A stretch of DNA of 64,000 nt from Octopus vulgaris (GCA_951406725.2 OX597820.1:40672001-40736000); one strand, 5' to 3'. Positions 12,055 through 25,827 are shown, counted from the stretch's first letter. Notes: generated from the letters alone by a model not told the origin. A program made the numbers and translations.

Positions 12055-12851
12055 CACAAAAATTGAAATATCAAGAGTACTTCCTTCGTATCGTTGTGGA
12101 TATTATTGTTGCCGATGTCTTGCATTTAAATAGATATTTCGGAAATGTTGTTTGAGTGTATTTATCTCTATTCTGGGAAACATTTTGATAATTATAAGCT
12201 GCAGGAATCGTTTCAGAATGTCATCCACATGCAAAATACATGTTTTTATGAGCCAATATTGCATTGTTCGACCAGTGTTGAAGGTATAACTTTCTCATCT
12301 TCTCTTCTGACATATTGTATTCGGGACTACTTTATCTTGCGTGTTCGTCCATTTTGTAGATGGTACCAGAAAATTTAATGTGCATTTGACAACAAATTGT
12401 TGCAGGTCAACCAGGCACGTATTCAATACTTCACTGACTTGTTCTAAGAACGGTAAAAGTAGCAGTAGGAACAGTTGAGAGAAAGCGGAGATATTGAATT
12501 AGTATAACCGAAATTTATATTTATTGATTTTGAAGTGAAAGAACGGAATGGCAAAGTAAGTGGAGATTATATACGCATTGATTCTTCGTTTCAGAAGTTG
12601 GAATGAATTCAAAGTGTAACATGGACAACAATGACAAACTATTGATAACTAGTGATCGGTTTACACCCTTAGGACGAACAGGATGTGTGATTAGTTTCTT
12701 AATAGGAAGTGATGTATAACATACAGTCAAAAGAGCCAAATATTCGAAAACGAAAAGGAGAAATTGTTTAGTAAACGATTTTCATTGAGTTTTGAACTGG
12801 TGTGGTTGTCGTTGGAAAAAGAAAGGAGGATCAAGAAGTAAAATATTTATT

Positions 12852-13220
12852 GCCCACAGGAAGCTAAACATAGAGGGGACAAACAAGGACAAAGTAATTA
12901 AATCGATTACATCGACCCCAGTGCGTAACTGGTACTTATTTAATCGACCCCGAATTGATGAAAGGCAAAGTCGACCTCGGCGGAATTTGAACTCAGAACG
13001 TAACGGCAGACGAAATACATATCTCTTTACTACCCACAAGGGGCTAAACATAGAGAGGACGAGCAAGGACAGACAAACGGTTTAAGTCGATTATATCGAC
13101 CCCAGTGCGTAACTGGTACTTAATTTATCGACCCCGAAAGGATGAAAGGCAAAGTCGACCTCGGCGGAATTTGAACTCATAACGTAACGGCAGACGAAAT
13201 ACCGCTAAGCATTTCGCCCC
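12852..13220 (-). mobile_element. Two tandem 5'-truncated family A SINEs
   Basis: Two copies (~12852-13018 and ~13022-13220), nearly identical to 11835-12020. Confidence 0.9.
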
Positions 13221-14903
13221 AAAAAGAGAAATTGCTTAGTAAACGATTTTTATTGAGTTTTGAAGTGGTTTGGTTGTCGTTGGAAAAAGAAAGGCCCCAT
13301 GGTATATTCGTTATCTCCGTATATTATTCAGATAGATATCATCAAAAAGATAAGAAATTTTGCCCATTCGGAACAATATGTTAGATTAGCGAGAAGAATT
13401 AAACCATATACACAGCAATGATAGAAGTAATTAGTCCAGCTTACTGTGTTCCCGTTCTGCCTCATAGTGAGCTTATTATAGGAACACTTTTCAACTTGAA
13501 CTTTCTGAGAAATGATGCCATTTACATGTTATTTCGGGTAGCATTCTTCTATCACATACTGTCACAATACAACTATACAGAACTCAGTAGGTTAAGGATA
13601 AATATAACTTTTTATTTGTGTTTCTATTCAAAGTTTTTATGAGATATATGCACAATGTTTGGTGTATCTATTGGGTATTTTTATTGTTGTTGCTTAACTT
13701 TGAATGAGATATGATCAAACAGACCTGTGCCAGGTGAGTACACGGCCGAAGAATGACGTGCATCCATCAAACCAATTGTTTCATTTCTCTCATATCTTGA
13801 TAATTTTAGTGTTATTTGTGCGTATTTGTCTGTTAGTGATTACAGTTAGGTTATTTTGCAATTTCTAAGGCAATTTTTGAGGCAAATGTTACATGCATGT
13901 CTATCTTTCAAGCCACATATTCGGGTTATTTCTATTTCTAGACTCTTACACTCGAATAAATTCAGCCTTTATTTCGTAGTCATTTAGATTTGATATGCCG
14001 ATTAAAAGACATTGGTGTTCCGGATGGTCTTAGATAATAATACACGGACAATTTGCCTTAATCTCCTTTTTTGCGTGAATTTCATATAACAGAATATAAT
14101 TAATTTGTCATCTGAAATCTTTTTGACTTGTGTGTTTGTAGATTTTCTTTCATTAAGGTATTTTATATTAATGTCATAGTTTCTTATAAGGAGTCCAACC
14201 TGGCCATCGCTGTTTAGCTCATTAAAAAAAGGGTTATTCAAAGAAGAAAGGGAAATAAACAAATGATTTTTGAATGCCCTTCTAGATAGAGTCAGAAATG
14301 CCCAGTGCAGAAAACTGCGGATCAATGCCAGTGACATTGACATAAAGTATCAGAGCATCAGAATCTAGCCTCAACGTATTCTCGAGTTGCATTTAAACAT
14401 TATTATATTAATATCATAATGCTTTTCTTTTCTTTTTCTGAGGTGGGGAAGCTTTTATCTTGAATTGCGATCAAAGTATTTCGATATCCTTCTGCACTTC
14501 TCAGGAGTGTCGTATTTTGCAATATCAATTCTGCTTGTCAGCTACTGAACATGAAGTAAATTTCTTGGCCACAATTTACTCTTTGTTGTCCCGTTTTACT
14601 GTTTCATTAATAATTTCTTTACCTGTTTCTACAACCACTACAGATTGATCTCTTAAATCAAGATATCTTTTCTATTTATTGATTTGTTTTGAAGATGCAA
14701 CGCATATTTTATTTGTGTTTTATAAACATTCGTATTAAATTCTCAGTTTTGTTTACCAAATATTTTTGTAGTTCTGCAATAGATGTTTTATAATTATTCC
14801 TTCTCTGTGAAAGTTCTATCCCTTCTCCTGTATTTATAGTTTATGCGGATTTTTTCTTTATTTTTCTATCTCTTGATCTTCTTCGTGGATTCTAGTCTAA
14901 CCA

Positions 14904-16154
14904 TATGAGGGTCGGCTAAAAAGTTCACAGCTGACAAAGTACTCGCATGGAATGTGACCAAATGAGGTTTACTTTTCAACATAGATCCCACTTGCGGTAC
15001 ACACACTTCTTCCATCAGTGTTAAAGTGTTTGTAACCCATTTGTGAGAAAGATTTCATCCTGTTCATCAGAAAAAGTTATCAACTATAGATATGACATCA
15101 TCCTCACTGCGATATGTTCGGGAACACATGATAGTCAGATGAGTCAGGAGAACATGGACGCTGATCAACCAGTTTAAAGCCTCAGTCACACCACTGAAAC
15201 CAACACCTGGTGTACTGAAACATTGTCATCATGAAACAAGATCGCTTTCGTTAGACATTCTGGAAATTTGGTCTTGATAGACTTCTGTTACTGCGCCAGA
15301 ATGTTGGCATAGTGTTCTCCATTGATGGTGTGAATCTTTTGAAGATAGTCAATAAATGTTATGCCTTTTGCATCCCCCACAAAAAAAAAGAAAAAAAAAG
15401 AACTGAGGCCATCGCCTTCCCTACAGATGAAACGACTTCGGCCTTCTTTGGAACAGGTGAGGAAAGGTGTTTTACTGCATGGATTGTCTCTTTGTCTATG
15501 GTTCAATGTGATGAACCCAACACTTAGACTGAGTGAGGGAACGTACAAGAAAACCAGCTGTATCCGCCTCAAGCAATGTCAGATTTTCCCATGATGCGAT
15601 CAGCTTTATGTGCTTTTGATCAAGTGCCAGAAGATATGGCGCCCACTGAACAGAAACCTTTGTCATGTCAGGTTCATTGTACTGAATGTTCTCAACTTTC
15701 TCACGGGATATGCTCATAGCATTGGTTATTTGATTTATAGCCAATCGCCTGTCATCCATCACCATGTGATGAACACGATGGAAGTTTTCCTTGGTGATGG
15801 CAGCTCTAGAACATCCAGATCTTGAGTCATCTTCAGAACATCCATTAGCTCTCCTACATTCAGCCGCCCACTTTTGCACTGTTTATAAAGTTGGAGTGTT
15901 ATTTCTTAATGCAGCAACCATGTCAGCATAAATCACCTCAGCGAATACACCTTTTTTTTCTGCAGGTACTCGATAACACCACGAAACCAAATTTTGTCTA
16001 TTTTCAAGAGACATGGCTACTAGTGACATTTGAAGTTTTTTTGAATAGTCAAATGTGAGTTTACCTGGAAAGAAGCAGTCCAGTTATTAATAAGAAAATT
16101 TAAATACATGCAACATTTTATTTCTCTAGCATTATTCTTTCATAGTCAGCCTAT
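14904..16154 (-). mobile_element. Decayed mariner transposon (irritans/Himar-like)
   Basis: TIR TA-TGAGGGTCGGCTAAAAAGTTCA at 14904 and partial opposite TIR GTCAGCCTAT at 16145. ORF 15496..15879 KWAAECRR..EDDSRSG..DDRRL..KVSVQWAPYLL..WVHHIEP. ORF 15288 DAKGITFIDYLQKIHTINGEHYAN. Confidence 0.9.
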
Positions 16155-16986
16155 TTTGTTTGCGTCTGTCTTGTATTCACTAATCGTTTGATATTTTTGC
16201 TATAATTGAGGCTACTATCCCAAGTGTAACGAAGATTATCAAAGAGGTTCTAGTAATGAATAAAAGCCTGATTCTCCTTTCTTCTCTTGTAGCTGTAGCT
16301 TTGTGTATCAGAAATTGATCTTTACAACTTCATGGCATTCTAGCATCCTTTTTGCTTCTTTCTAGTCGAGCATTTATTCTTTAATATATTACTGTGAAGA
16401 CGTTGATATTCTAGGAAAGCAATATATGGCTCTGTGTGGTTTGGGGTTCGTTGGTTCTTAAATTTTGGATCTGAACCTGTTCCTCATTTAGTGGGATACT
16501 CAAGTACTGTTTCTGAATTATTTGCCTGTCAAAGTTTTTAACCAGACAGTTGGAAATTTAACATTTTCCGATATTTTCCATTTGCTAATTTAACTTTTCT
16601 TCTCTTACCTGCATTTGTTCTTGCACTGAAATTCTTTTCATCATTGTTTGATTATGTGCTTGTTATTCTTAAGATTCTTGCCTTTGGCAATTTATCTGCT
16701 GTCCACTCCACCCTAATCTTATGATTTTCTTGCTGTTGGTGAAGTATTCATTTTTGCTTCGTTTTACAATCAAGTTCTTAGTAAAATCTTGGTTTCTGGT
16801 TTAAGGCAAATTGCTTGTTTTGTTCAAAGAAATGTTGTCGCTTTTCATAAGGTTTGATTCTTTGTGTTTCAGTAAGGCTGTCTTGTTTTGGATGTTCTTT
16901 GATTCCGGTTATAGCTTTTTGTTTTACGTAGTATTTTTGAAGAATTTGTCCCCCTTAAAATTTTCCTTCCCACCCTTCTACCGTTT

Positions 16987-17545
16987 ATGATTATTGTTGT
17001 TGTTATTGTTATTATTATCATTATTATTATTATTGGTGTTGTTGTTGTTGTTGTTGTTGTTGATGATGCTGCTGCTGTTGTTGTTATCGAGCTAGTGCAT
17101 GCTAATTTCATTTGCAGGTGTGTTAGCTTATCTTGAAATTTGGTGACAGCATGTCTCCTCAACTCTCAAGAATCTTACTGAGATTCTTGAAGAATATAGG
17201 ATGGTACTTTTCTGTGGGTCAATAATGCGAGTCTTAATTCAATCCCTTTGGTAGCATTATGACTGGTGTATCAATTACACCAAGTACCATAGGAGTAACT
17301 GTTGATTTAGTCTTCCACAGTCTCTTCTGGTCTCTGGCTAGATCCCTATGTTGTTTTTTTTAAATTTCTTTGGTATCGACTGTTTCCTTATTTTGTCCTC
17401 TATGATCATGTCTGGCCATATTGTTTCAATATTATCATCACTCTTTATGGGGAAGTCCCATAAGATCCTGTATTTTTCATTCTCTGACACAGCATCTGTT
17501 TCAGGTTCATACAAGTTTCCTATTACTTAGAAGCCACTTACTCGG
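16987..17545 (-). mobile_element. R4/Dong-type (restriction-like endonuclease) non-LTR retrotransposon 3' end with (AAC/AAT)n tail
   Basis: Minus-strand translation ENEKYRILWDFPIKSDDNIETIWPDMIIEDK, HRDLARDQKRLWKTKSTVTPMVLGVIDT, QKSTILYSSRI..KILES*, followed by a trinucleotide tail. Confidence 0.85.
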
Positions 17546-17770
17546 TCAACATCTCAAAGCGCTCTTTTTTCTATACAGCTATGCCTGCGCTTATATATAT
17601 ATATATATATATATCTTTGCTACCTAAATGTAGCTGACCCATATGGAACGATGCTTGTAGTTTATACCCCAAGGAAGACAACTCCACTGCGGGCTAACGC
17701 CATACTGTCTCTGCCCGATCAGTATCTGCGAAGAGAAATTCTCGTTCCCATCTCCAGCCTGACGTGATAC

Positions 17771-17813
17771 ACACGGTCCCGGGTTTCTGTGAAGTAACCC
17801 GTCTTCAGCGTGT
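17771..17813 (-). ncRNA. Degenerate type I hammerhead (cleavage triplet mutated to GAC)
   Basis: acacg CUGAAGA cggguuacuucaca GAAA cccggg AC cgugu. Confidence 0.6.
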
Positions 17814-18014
17814 AACAATCACCGGCTAGGGATGAGAAGTGATTCCGAACGCAAAATACTATATGCTTTTTCCAGTGACAAACCGTCGCTGATATCAAAA
17901 AAGTAGAAACAAGCAACAATTAATCTCTGAGTGAGAATTAAACAGTAGCAGGATCACGTTGTAAAGTATGTGTTTGCGTTCGAAATCACTTCTCATCCCT
18001 AGCCAGTGATTGTC

Positions 18015-18057
18015 ACACGCTGATGACGGGTTACTACCCAGAAACCTGGGTCTGTGT
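18015..18057 (+). ncRNA. Minimal type I hammerhead ribozyme motif
   Basis: acacg CUGAUGA c-gggu uacu accc-a GAAA ccuggg UC ugugu, with a GUC triplet. Confidence 0.7.
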
Positions 18058-18218
18058 ATATCACGTCAGACTAGAGATAGGAACGATGATATTCTTTCAC
18101 AAATACTGATCGGGCAGAGTGTGTCGTTAGCCAGCTGGCAGAGATGTCTTCCAGGGACTAGAAGCTCAATAACATCGTCCCATATGGGTTAGCCACATTT
18201 AGGTGGAAAATATACTTC

Positions 18219-18315
<97 letters not shown>

Positions 18316-18344
18316 ATATATATATATATGTATATATATATATG

Positions 18345-18392
<48 letters not shown>

Positions 18393-18421
18393 CATATATA
18401 TAATGATATATACAATATATA

Positions 18422-18471
<50 letters not shown>

Positions 18472-18726
18472 CATATATATAATATATATATATATATATA
18501 TGATGTACGGGTTACTATCCAGAAACCTGCGTCTGTGTATATCACGTCAGACTAGAGATAGGAACGATGATATTCTTTCACAAATACTGATCGGGCAGAG
18601 TGTGTCGTTAGCCAGCTGGCGGAGATGTCTTCCAAGGGCTAGAAGCTCAATAACATCGTCCCATATGGGTTAGTCACATTTAGGTGGAAAATATACTTCA
18701 CAATATATATATATATTTATATATAT

Positions 18727-18769
<43 letters not shown>

Positions 18770-20450
18770 ACTACGAAGGGCAAAGCAGACCTTCACAAAG
18801 CAAGGGAGGTAAGTAGACCTTTCCCATCTCACTTTAGCCATATTAAGAGTAGGAAATAGGGAGCTAGTAGTGATTTCGGAAGTGACTCTTAGGGAGAGCA
18901 AATGATCCGAGCATAGCGATTGGAATAGCCCTTGACCAAGATGATTACGTAGACCGAGATACTGACGGTGCTCTTAGAAATGGAAAAGCGAAAGACGTTC
19001 TATGAATATGAGTGGGATGTGTGAGATTTAAAGAAATATCACAAAGATTCTATATTGTGTTCTAAGCACCGTAGCAGTCTGCTGCGACTCTCAGCAGAAG
19101 TTCTTAAATACAAATGAAAACCATTAAACACACAGAAATCACTGAGTGGCTGATCATGAGCAAATCGCTTCTTTCTAGCTTCTACATACTTGAATTGTTC
19201 TCTTTTGAATCGTAGGCGTCTATCACAACTATCACAAGCAGTAATGAAATTGGAATATTTCCACCAGTTTGAACCAGAGTGAGTTGGTACTAACTAACAA
19301 GAAATGGTGAGAACAACTGTGACATGAAACATAATTCCAATGCAGATTAAAAGATTTTGGTCAAAGTGCTCATAACAATGTAGGCGTTGATGATTAGTTT
19401 GTTTTTTTTTTATTTTCGCTGGCATAGCAGTGTCTTGTGCAAGTTACTGAAGATGTAGCCAAGGAAAGTTATCTCATGCAATACATTATAGAGAGAGTTT
19501 TTAATAATTCTATCTTCGAAGAGATCGGATTAAAACAAAAGATCTTCCTTGACACTAAAACTTTTAGCAGGGTCAATCGTCGTTGGGCAACGAAATGTAC
19601 TCAGTGGTTAGTAATAGACCCTGTCCAAAGAGTTTTTATTCATATGTTCGCTTTGTTAGTTGGGAACCTTCTTATCATTCCTGTACATTTTGGCAACTAT
19701 TCTTACCTGAGTTAGTTATCATACGAATCATTCTTATCGAACTAGGACTCATGAGAGGTGTATCATTTTATACGAGCGCAGTCAAGGTATAGGACACTTC
19801 AGAAAATGAGTTGGTCGACACCATACTCAAGAAATAGGAGTTGTTATCAAACTCCTCATTAGTTAGGACAAGCTAGTTTGTTTGCAGTTTAGGATAGGCT
19901 TATGTAAGCTCGTTTCTATCGTGCACTACGTCAGTGAAGATACTTCTGTTCTGGTTCGTTCCACATTTCCAGGTAGATTGGTAGATTGGTAGTAAAAGAA
20001 AATGTTTTGAAAAAGTGTCACCCTAAGCCAGAAATTACCTCGGACGAGTAGTAATGCGAACTTGCGACTTCCATCTTGACTATGATAGCCAACCTCTGCT
20101 AAGTAAAATTTTATGCAATTCTAAGCAAATCCATTACAACGTTTGTGTATTCTGCGATTGACGAATTGAATTGACGTGTCTTGTGCAAAATTTCCTAGCC
20201 ATTTTAAGTAAAGGACACGTGAATCTAATTTCTATAAGCAACAAATGATAATGTGTCAGCTAGAATGACGTAATGCATTGTACAGATTCTTCTATTTGTG
20301 TGAAACTCCAATGTGTATTTGATTTATCGGGCTGTATGCACCTTTTATCAGCAGTACACACGACCTTGCACAGCATCTTTCATCAAATAATCTTCAGTGT
20401 TTCGAGGAAACAAAGATAAAGGCTTGAGAGAAATATTGCATCTGAAGTTG
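18770..20450 (+). mobile_element. Highly decayed Tx1/L1-clade LINE remnant
   Basis: NAD*KILVKVL (~19340) and YLMQYIIERVF..LDTKTFSRVNRRW (ORF 19437) resemble RT domains 1-3. Boundaries are approximate. Confidence 0.55.
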
Positions 20451-20888
20451 TTTGACCTTTCACACGTATTAATGTGTTGAGTGAACAAACTGTTCTAAGA
20501 CTTCCAAATTATCTGCACTTATTAGTAGTTAAATAAGGTAAGGAATGTGCTGAGATAAAACTAATTTAATAAAGGATTGGTCGTTATGAAAGACTGGACA
20601 GCTTGGAATAAGAAATAAACTAAGCAGGGTACAATGAGATTTCCATCTTCCTCTAATGGAGAAGAGAGAATTCTGACGGAAATCTTGCGAGCATTCATTT
20701 ATTAAAACAGAATCGTTGTATCACGTATGAAACTTTATATAATCCAAGATTGATTTACATGAAAACACACACACACGAACGCATGCGCACACACACTCAT
20801 ATGTAGGCATGTATGTGTATGAGTACACACACACACACAAATACATACTTATATACATGCATATCACACATCTGCATGTATACTGACA

Positions 20889-20952
<64 letters not shown>

Positions 20953-21570
20953 TATATTATATATAGTGTGTGAACGATGATCGGTGTGTGCGTGTGTTTG
21001 TGTTTGTGTGAACATGTGCGATCTAGTCGACCTAGCGTTTGGCTCATGACTATAAGGTTGTAGGTTCTGTTCTTGGACTGGGCGGTACCTTAAGTCTTTC
21101 AGCAAAGTGCTTAATTTTACGCTACGCCAACCTAATGAGCAATTTCTGAGTAAAATTATTACCAACCGAATGGTCATGCAAATCTCTTTGCGTCCAACTT
21201 CGCATATCGCTTGGCGGCAGAGAGGGTCGAGAATTTGCCTGTTTTCTTGCGTCTACATAATCACCTTCAGCAATTGATGAAATCTTAGTACATATTACTA
21301 AGCAATGTTCAGCAGCATATTGTGACTACTTACTGTTGAGTAGTCCTTTTCTCCCTCTTCTTCACTCTCTCCGTCTCTGTCATTGTTTCTGTCTCTGCAT
21401 GTATTGTGTGTGTGTGTGTGTGTGTAAATAAATATATATATATATATAAAACTTGGAGAAGAGAAATAGAGAAATAACGCGTGCGTTCAGTCATATAGTA
21501 ATATAATAAATATATAAAATATATGCATATATACATACATATATGTACATACTTACATCTACATGTATAT

Positions 21571-21601
<31 letters not shown>

Positions 21602-21620
21602 ATATACACAAGCATATATG

Positions 21621-21671
<51 letters not shown>

Positions 21672-21719
21672 GTATGTATTTACACACAAACAATACATGC
21701 AGAGACAGAAACAATGACA

Positions 21720-21855
21720 AGGCGCTAAACATAGAGAGGAAAAACAAGGACAAACAAAGGGTTTAAATCGATTACATCGACCCCAGTGCGAAACTGGTAC
21801 TTTATTTATCGACCCCGAAAGAATGAAAGGCGAAGTCGACCTCAGCGGAATTTGA
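21720..21855 (-). mobile_element. Truncated family A SINE
   Basis: GCTAAACATAGAG..ATCGACCCCAGTGCGAAACTGGTAC..GTCGACCTCAGCGGAATTTGA. Confidence 0.85.
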
Positions 21856-21879
21856 CACAAAAGTCAAAAGTATTAGTAT

Positions 21880-22955
21880 TTGTTAGGGTGTTGTGTGTGC
21901 GTCTGTGTGTGCGCGTATGTTTGTGTTTTGTGTTGGTGGGAATGTTAAGTGTGTGTACGTGAGTGTGTGTGTGTGTTTCTGTCTGAGTATGCTTGTGTTT
22001 TTATAATTGTCCTGGTGGTGGTGGTGCTGTGTGTGTGTGTGTGAGAGCAACCGTATGTGTGTGAGGCTGCATATGTATGTGTGTGGGTATGGGTGGGGGT
22101 GTGTGTGAGTGTGATGTATTTATCAACGGTTCGGTGTGTATGCGTGTATGTTGGGTTTATCCGGGTGGTGTGTATGTGTGTACGTGTACGTTCTGTGCAT
22201 GTTGTTACTGATTATGCGTTTGTGTGTGTATGTATACATGTGGGTATTGTTTATGTAGTTTCCGGTTGTGTGTGCACATGTATGTGTGTGCTGTATTTGT
22301 GAGTGGTTTGTTTTGTCGGTATTGTTAGTTCACCGTGTGTGTATACGTTTGGGTGTGTTTGTGTGAGTGAGTCTATGTGCCTTCTATTTGTCGGGGCGGT
22401 CTGTGTCATTGTCTGTGTGCATGCTTGTGTGTATGTGTGTATGTCTGTGTTTGCGAGTGTTTATAGTAATTGTTGGGATTGTATTGTGCGTATATGTGTT
22501 TATTTTTTCTTTCGAGTGTGTGTGCGTGATTTTTTACCGGGGAACGGGCATATTGTGTTTGTGTATATGTACATATGTGTGCATATATGCATGTGTGGGG
22601 GGTTTTGTTGTATTTGCGTGTTGTGTGTGTATCTGTGTATGTGTGAGTGTGTTTGTGTGAGTGTGATTTGTGATTGTCAGAGTGGTGTGTGTAGGTGTGT
22701 GCATGTACGTGTTTACGTATGTGAGTATGTGTACGTGAGTGTTGGTTATGTTTGCTAGAATCGTATTGCAAGTGTATATATGTATGTGTTTTTTCTTGGA
22801 ATGTGTGTGTGGGTTTGTGCTGAAGTGTGGGGATATTGTGTTTGTGCGTGTGTGCATATGAATGTGTGGGAGGTTTGCATTGTATTTGTGTATGCGTGAT
22901 TTTGTACATATGTACGTGATTTTGTTTGTGTTTGTTGTGGGTGTGTACCTGGGCG
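21880..22955. repeat. ~1.1-kb cryptic (TG)n-derived tract immediately 3' of the Penelope ORF end
   Basis: Degenerate TG-rich sequence with no long perfect run. Confidence 0.8.
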
Positions 22956-22959
22956 CATG

Positions 22960-23290
22960 TTAGAGTATGTTGAGTTTTGGTCTGTATTTTTGAATAAGAT
23001 TATTTTCACCATATATTCATGTTTGGTCAATGGTGTTGTCTGGGCGTTAGTATAGTGGGAAAACTAGGAATTTGGGGGATTTGTTTTGTACACAGAGATC
23101 TAAGTGACCACTAAGTGGTATCTGTCTTGTGGTGGGGTCCCTCAATTGTTGGCGATGGACTATCATCCTTTCTCTGAGGGTGAGACTCGTTTGCCCTATG
23201 TAATATTGTGGCACACTTCAAACCTTATGGCATAAGTAAATTCTTTATGACTCTCAACTGACATTCTGTGAAAGTTTCCGACACCTGTGC
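22960..23290 (-). mobile_element. Penelope-like element, GIY-YIG endonuclease C-terminus (pseudogenised)
   Basis: Minus-strand frame 23202-22960: YIGQTSLTLRERMIVHRQQLRDPTTRQIPLSGHLDLC...ENNLIQKYRPKLN, with two in-frame stops. Confidence 0.85.
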
Positions 23291-25378
23291 CCCTTATATG
23301 AAAGATATCGAAGTTGACCATTGCAGATTGCAGCTTCAAGAACCCAAATACTCTCCGAAGCAAGCGTGTTAGCTCAGTCGCCTACGAAGTCGAAGTCATC
23401 TCTGTCCCGCCAAGTAACGGGACAGAAACAAAATTATATGGAACTATTCGAAAGTGACTTTAAGGTAACATACGCCAACAACCAGTTTTCTCGCAAACAA
23501 GCCATATCTGGATCCAAATGAACAATAATATGCGGCACACTATCAATAAGAGCATCGTTGAGATATCTAACCCATACATTAATGGGTCAAAAAGGAACAG
23601 GTTTTATACAGCTGAAAGAAACGCATCCTTACTGGATCGTTGAACTGCAACCATCTTCAAAACGTAAGACCAGAATTTTTTACAAGATACATGCCTCTCG
23701 ACAAATTTCTATTATCTGACACAAAACCGTCCACTCATTATTCAGGAAGAGTCACACAATTTATCGAGCTTAAATCTTTTCCCCATTCAAACACGCAGCC
23801 TAAGCATAGTTTCTGGATAGCTTTATTCTATACATTTAATTTTTTAGAAGCAGAAAGACTTAGCATTAGCAATGTTACGGGACATAACCTTTATCCTCCT
23901 TTCGTTTACAGTTTTCCGATCATTTTTCTCATAACTTATTTCTTTTCTCGTTATTTCTCGCATTTCCTCACGAGTTATCATATCATTCGCGCCGGATCAT
24001 GCAAGATACGCTACAAAAGTCCGTCCAGCTATTGTACTACATACGAATGAAACATAAATTAACTCATCTATAAAAACTACTGCATCCATTAAATAAATAA
24101 TATACATGTATGTATACAGATTAATGCATATAAAATACATACATGTATATATTAACTTCTGCACGTCTATGTGTGTGTGTGAGTGTGTATGTATATACAT
24201 ATATATATACATATATATGTATATATATATGTGTGTGTGTATTTATATATGCATATATATCTATGTATACATATATATATATATGTATATTTATCTATCT
24301 ATCTATCTATATTTATATCTATATCTATATTATGATAAAAGGAAGATTTTCTCTGCCTGTTCCCATGTTTCTTTTTAATACAATTCTACAATATAGAATT
24401 TCTTCAGTTGGAATTTACCTATGATTTTTCCAAGTAGATTCGATTGGGTCATGGCATATCAAGTTTTTTCAATTTGACCCACAATTAAGCAAAAATTCGA
24501 GAAAACTCAATATTTTACGAGTTGCCTCTCAGATTTCAAGTGGTTTACTCCTGCTATTACCACCACACTTTCTCCTACTTTCTCTTTGCAATTGTGAAAC
24601 TATTAAAGTGAAAGTATACCCTTATTATGTGTGTGTGTGTGTGTATTAGCAATTCGTATAAAATTGCATCAATGACTTGAACTTGAATAAGTCGTTTCAC
24701 ATAAATGGGGATAAATTAAAAAGGTTTGTTGTTATTATTATTACTGTTTGACTATTGTAATCACGTTTGTTGGTTCCGCGTCAGGGAAACGTTGCTGTGT
24801 TGCATTTGTTAAATAATTGTAAACCGTAACCCTCCCCCTTTCGGAGAAGGGGCTTTGGTTATTGTTTAAAAATTGAATTGTGTCACTGTTTGGGAAAATT
24901 GAGAATATTTTCACCGTCTTTACGGAAGCATTTTTGTTAAAATGCCTTCGATAGAAAAAAGTCCAAACATGAATTTCGCTGCAGCCGTACACTTCTATAC
25001 AAGAGGGAGGACAAGATCCAATTGATCGAAATTGCAAGAGACGGGCCTACAATTCCAGTCTGTTATATATTTTGAGTATTGTTATCACTAGCATTATCAA
25101 GATATAACTTTGTATTTTGTATTTTATGTGTAGATGTATATATATAGATGTACATATAATATGTACACATATATATACACATACATATATGCATAATATA
25201 TCTACCCATACACACATACGCACACACACACACACATACATAGGGGCAGGTGTGGCTGTGTGGTAACAAACTACGTTCCAAACACATGGTCCTGGGTTCA
25301 TGTACATACATACATACATACATACATACATACATACATACATACATACATACATACATACATACATACATACATACA

Positions 25379-25409
<31 letters not shown>

Positions 25410-25435
25410 GTATGTGTATTAATGTGTGTGTGTTA

Positions 25436-25826
25436 TCTCTCTCTATATAAAGCTGAAGATGTCTGTGTGCGCCAGGTTTGGTAACCTTTAACTAACACTA
25501 TCTCCTCCGTGACCCTGCGGCGCCATTTGACCAAAATTGAGAGTATGATAGAAGAAGAGTTGCTCTTCCTTTCGAAGAAGATAAAATTAAAATCGGACCA
25601 TGTTAACACCAAAAATTATTTAAATCAAAAAGGTGCTTTTTTCTATGAAAATCCCTATTTTTTTACGATTTTTTCACTGCTTTGTCCACACTTTTCGGTG
25701 CATTTCAACCAGAAAAATGTTCACTTGAAGAGAATAACATGCTACATAATGCAACATTTTTACTTTTCAAAAATTCCAATTCCAGCGGGTCGAAACAAAC
25801 GCGAGCAACGTCGGGCGATACTGCTA

Positions 25827-25827
<1 letters not shown>
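25436..25827 (+). mobile_element. Non-autonomous Helitron
   Basis: Inserted between A and T. 5' TC(TCTCTATATAAAGCTG), subterminal GC hairpin remnant CGCGAGCAACGTCGGGCG, 3' CTAG. Confidence 0.8.

Larger units (their letters stand above)
17622..18702. mobile_element. Penelope-like pseudo-LTR cluster: one inverted copy (17622-17855) plus two direct copies (17973-18222, 18502-18702) in (TA)n
   Basis: Shared ~230-bp unit seen in reverse complement and in tandem. Each copy overlaps a hammerhead motif. Confidence 0.75.

Noticed and set aside
9620-16980. Strand-biased AT-rich background between insertions, with an HVDDI string on the minus strand near 12225, possibly an ancient LINE
   Set aside because: A single weak motif with no colinear set recovered. 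A profile-HMM search would be needed.
23300-23520. Minus-strand DPDMACLRENWL..ESIWV resembling an APE endonuclease
   Set aside because: Too degenerate to support as a feature.
24360-24415. Minus-strand CTGAAGA plus AATTCTA/TAGAATT hairpin
   Set aside because: The hairpin is not followed directly by GAAA, and no valid stem III or cleavage triplet is present.
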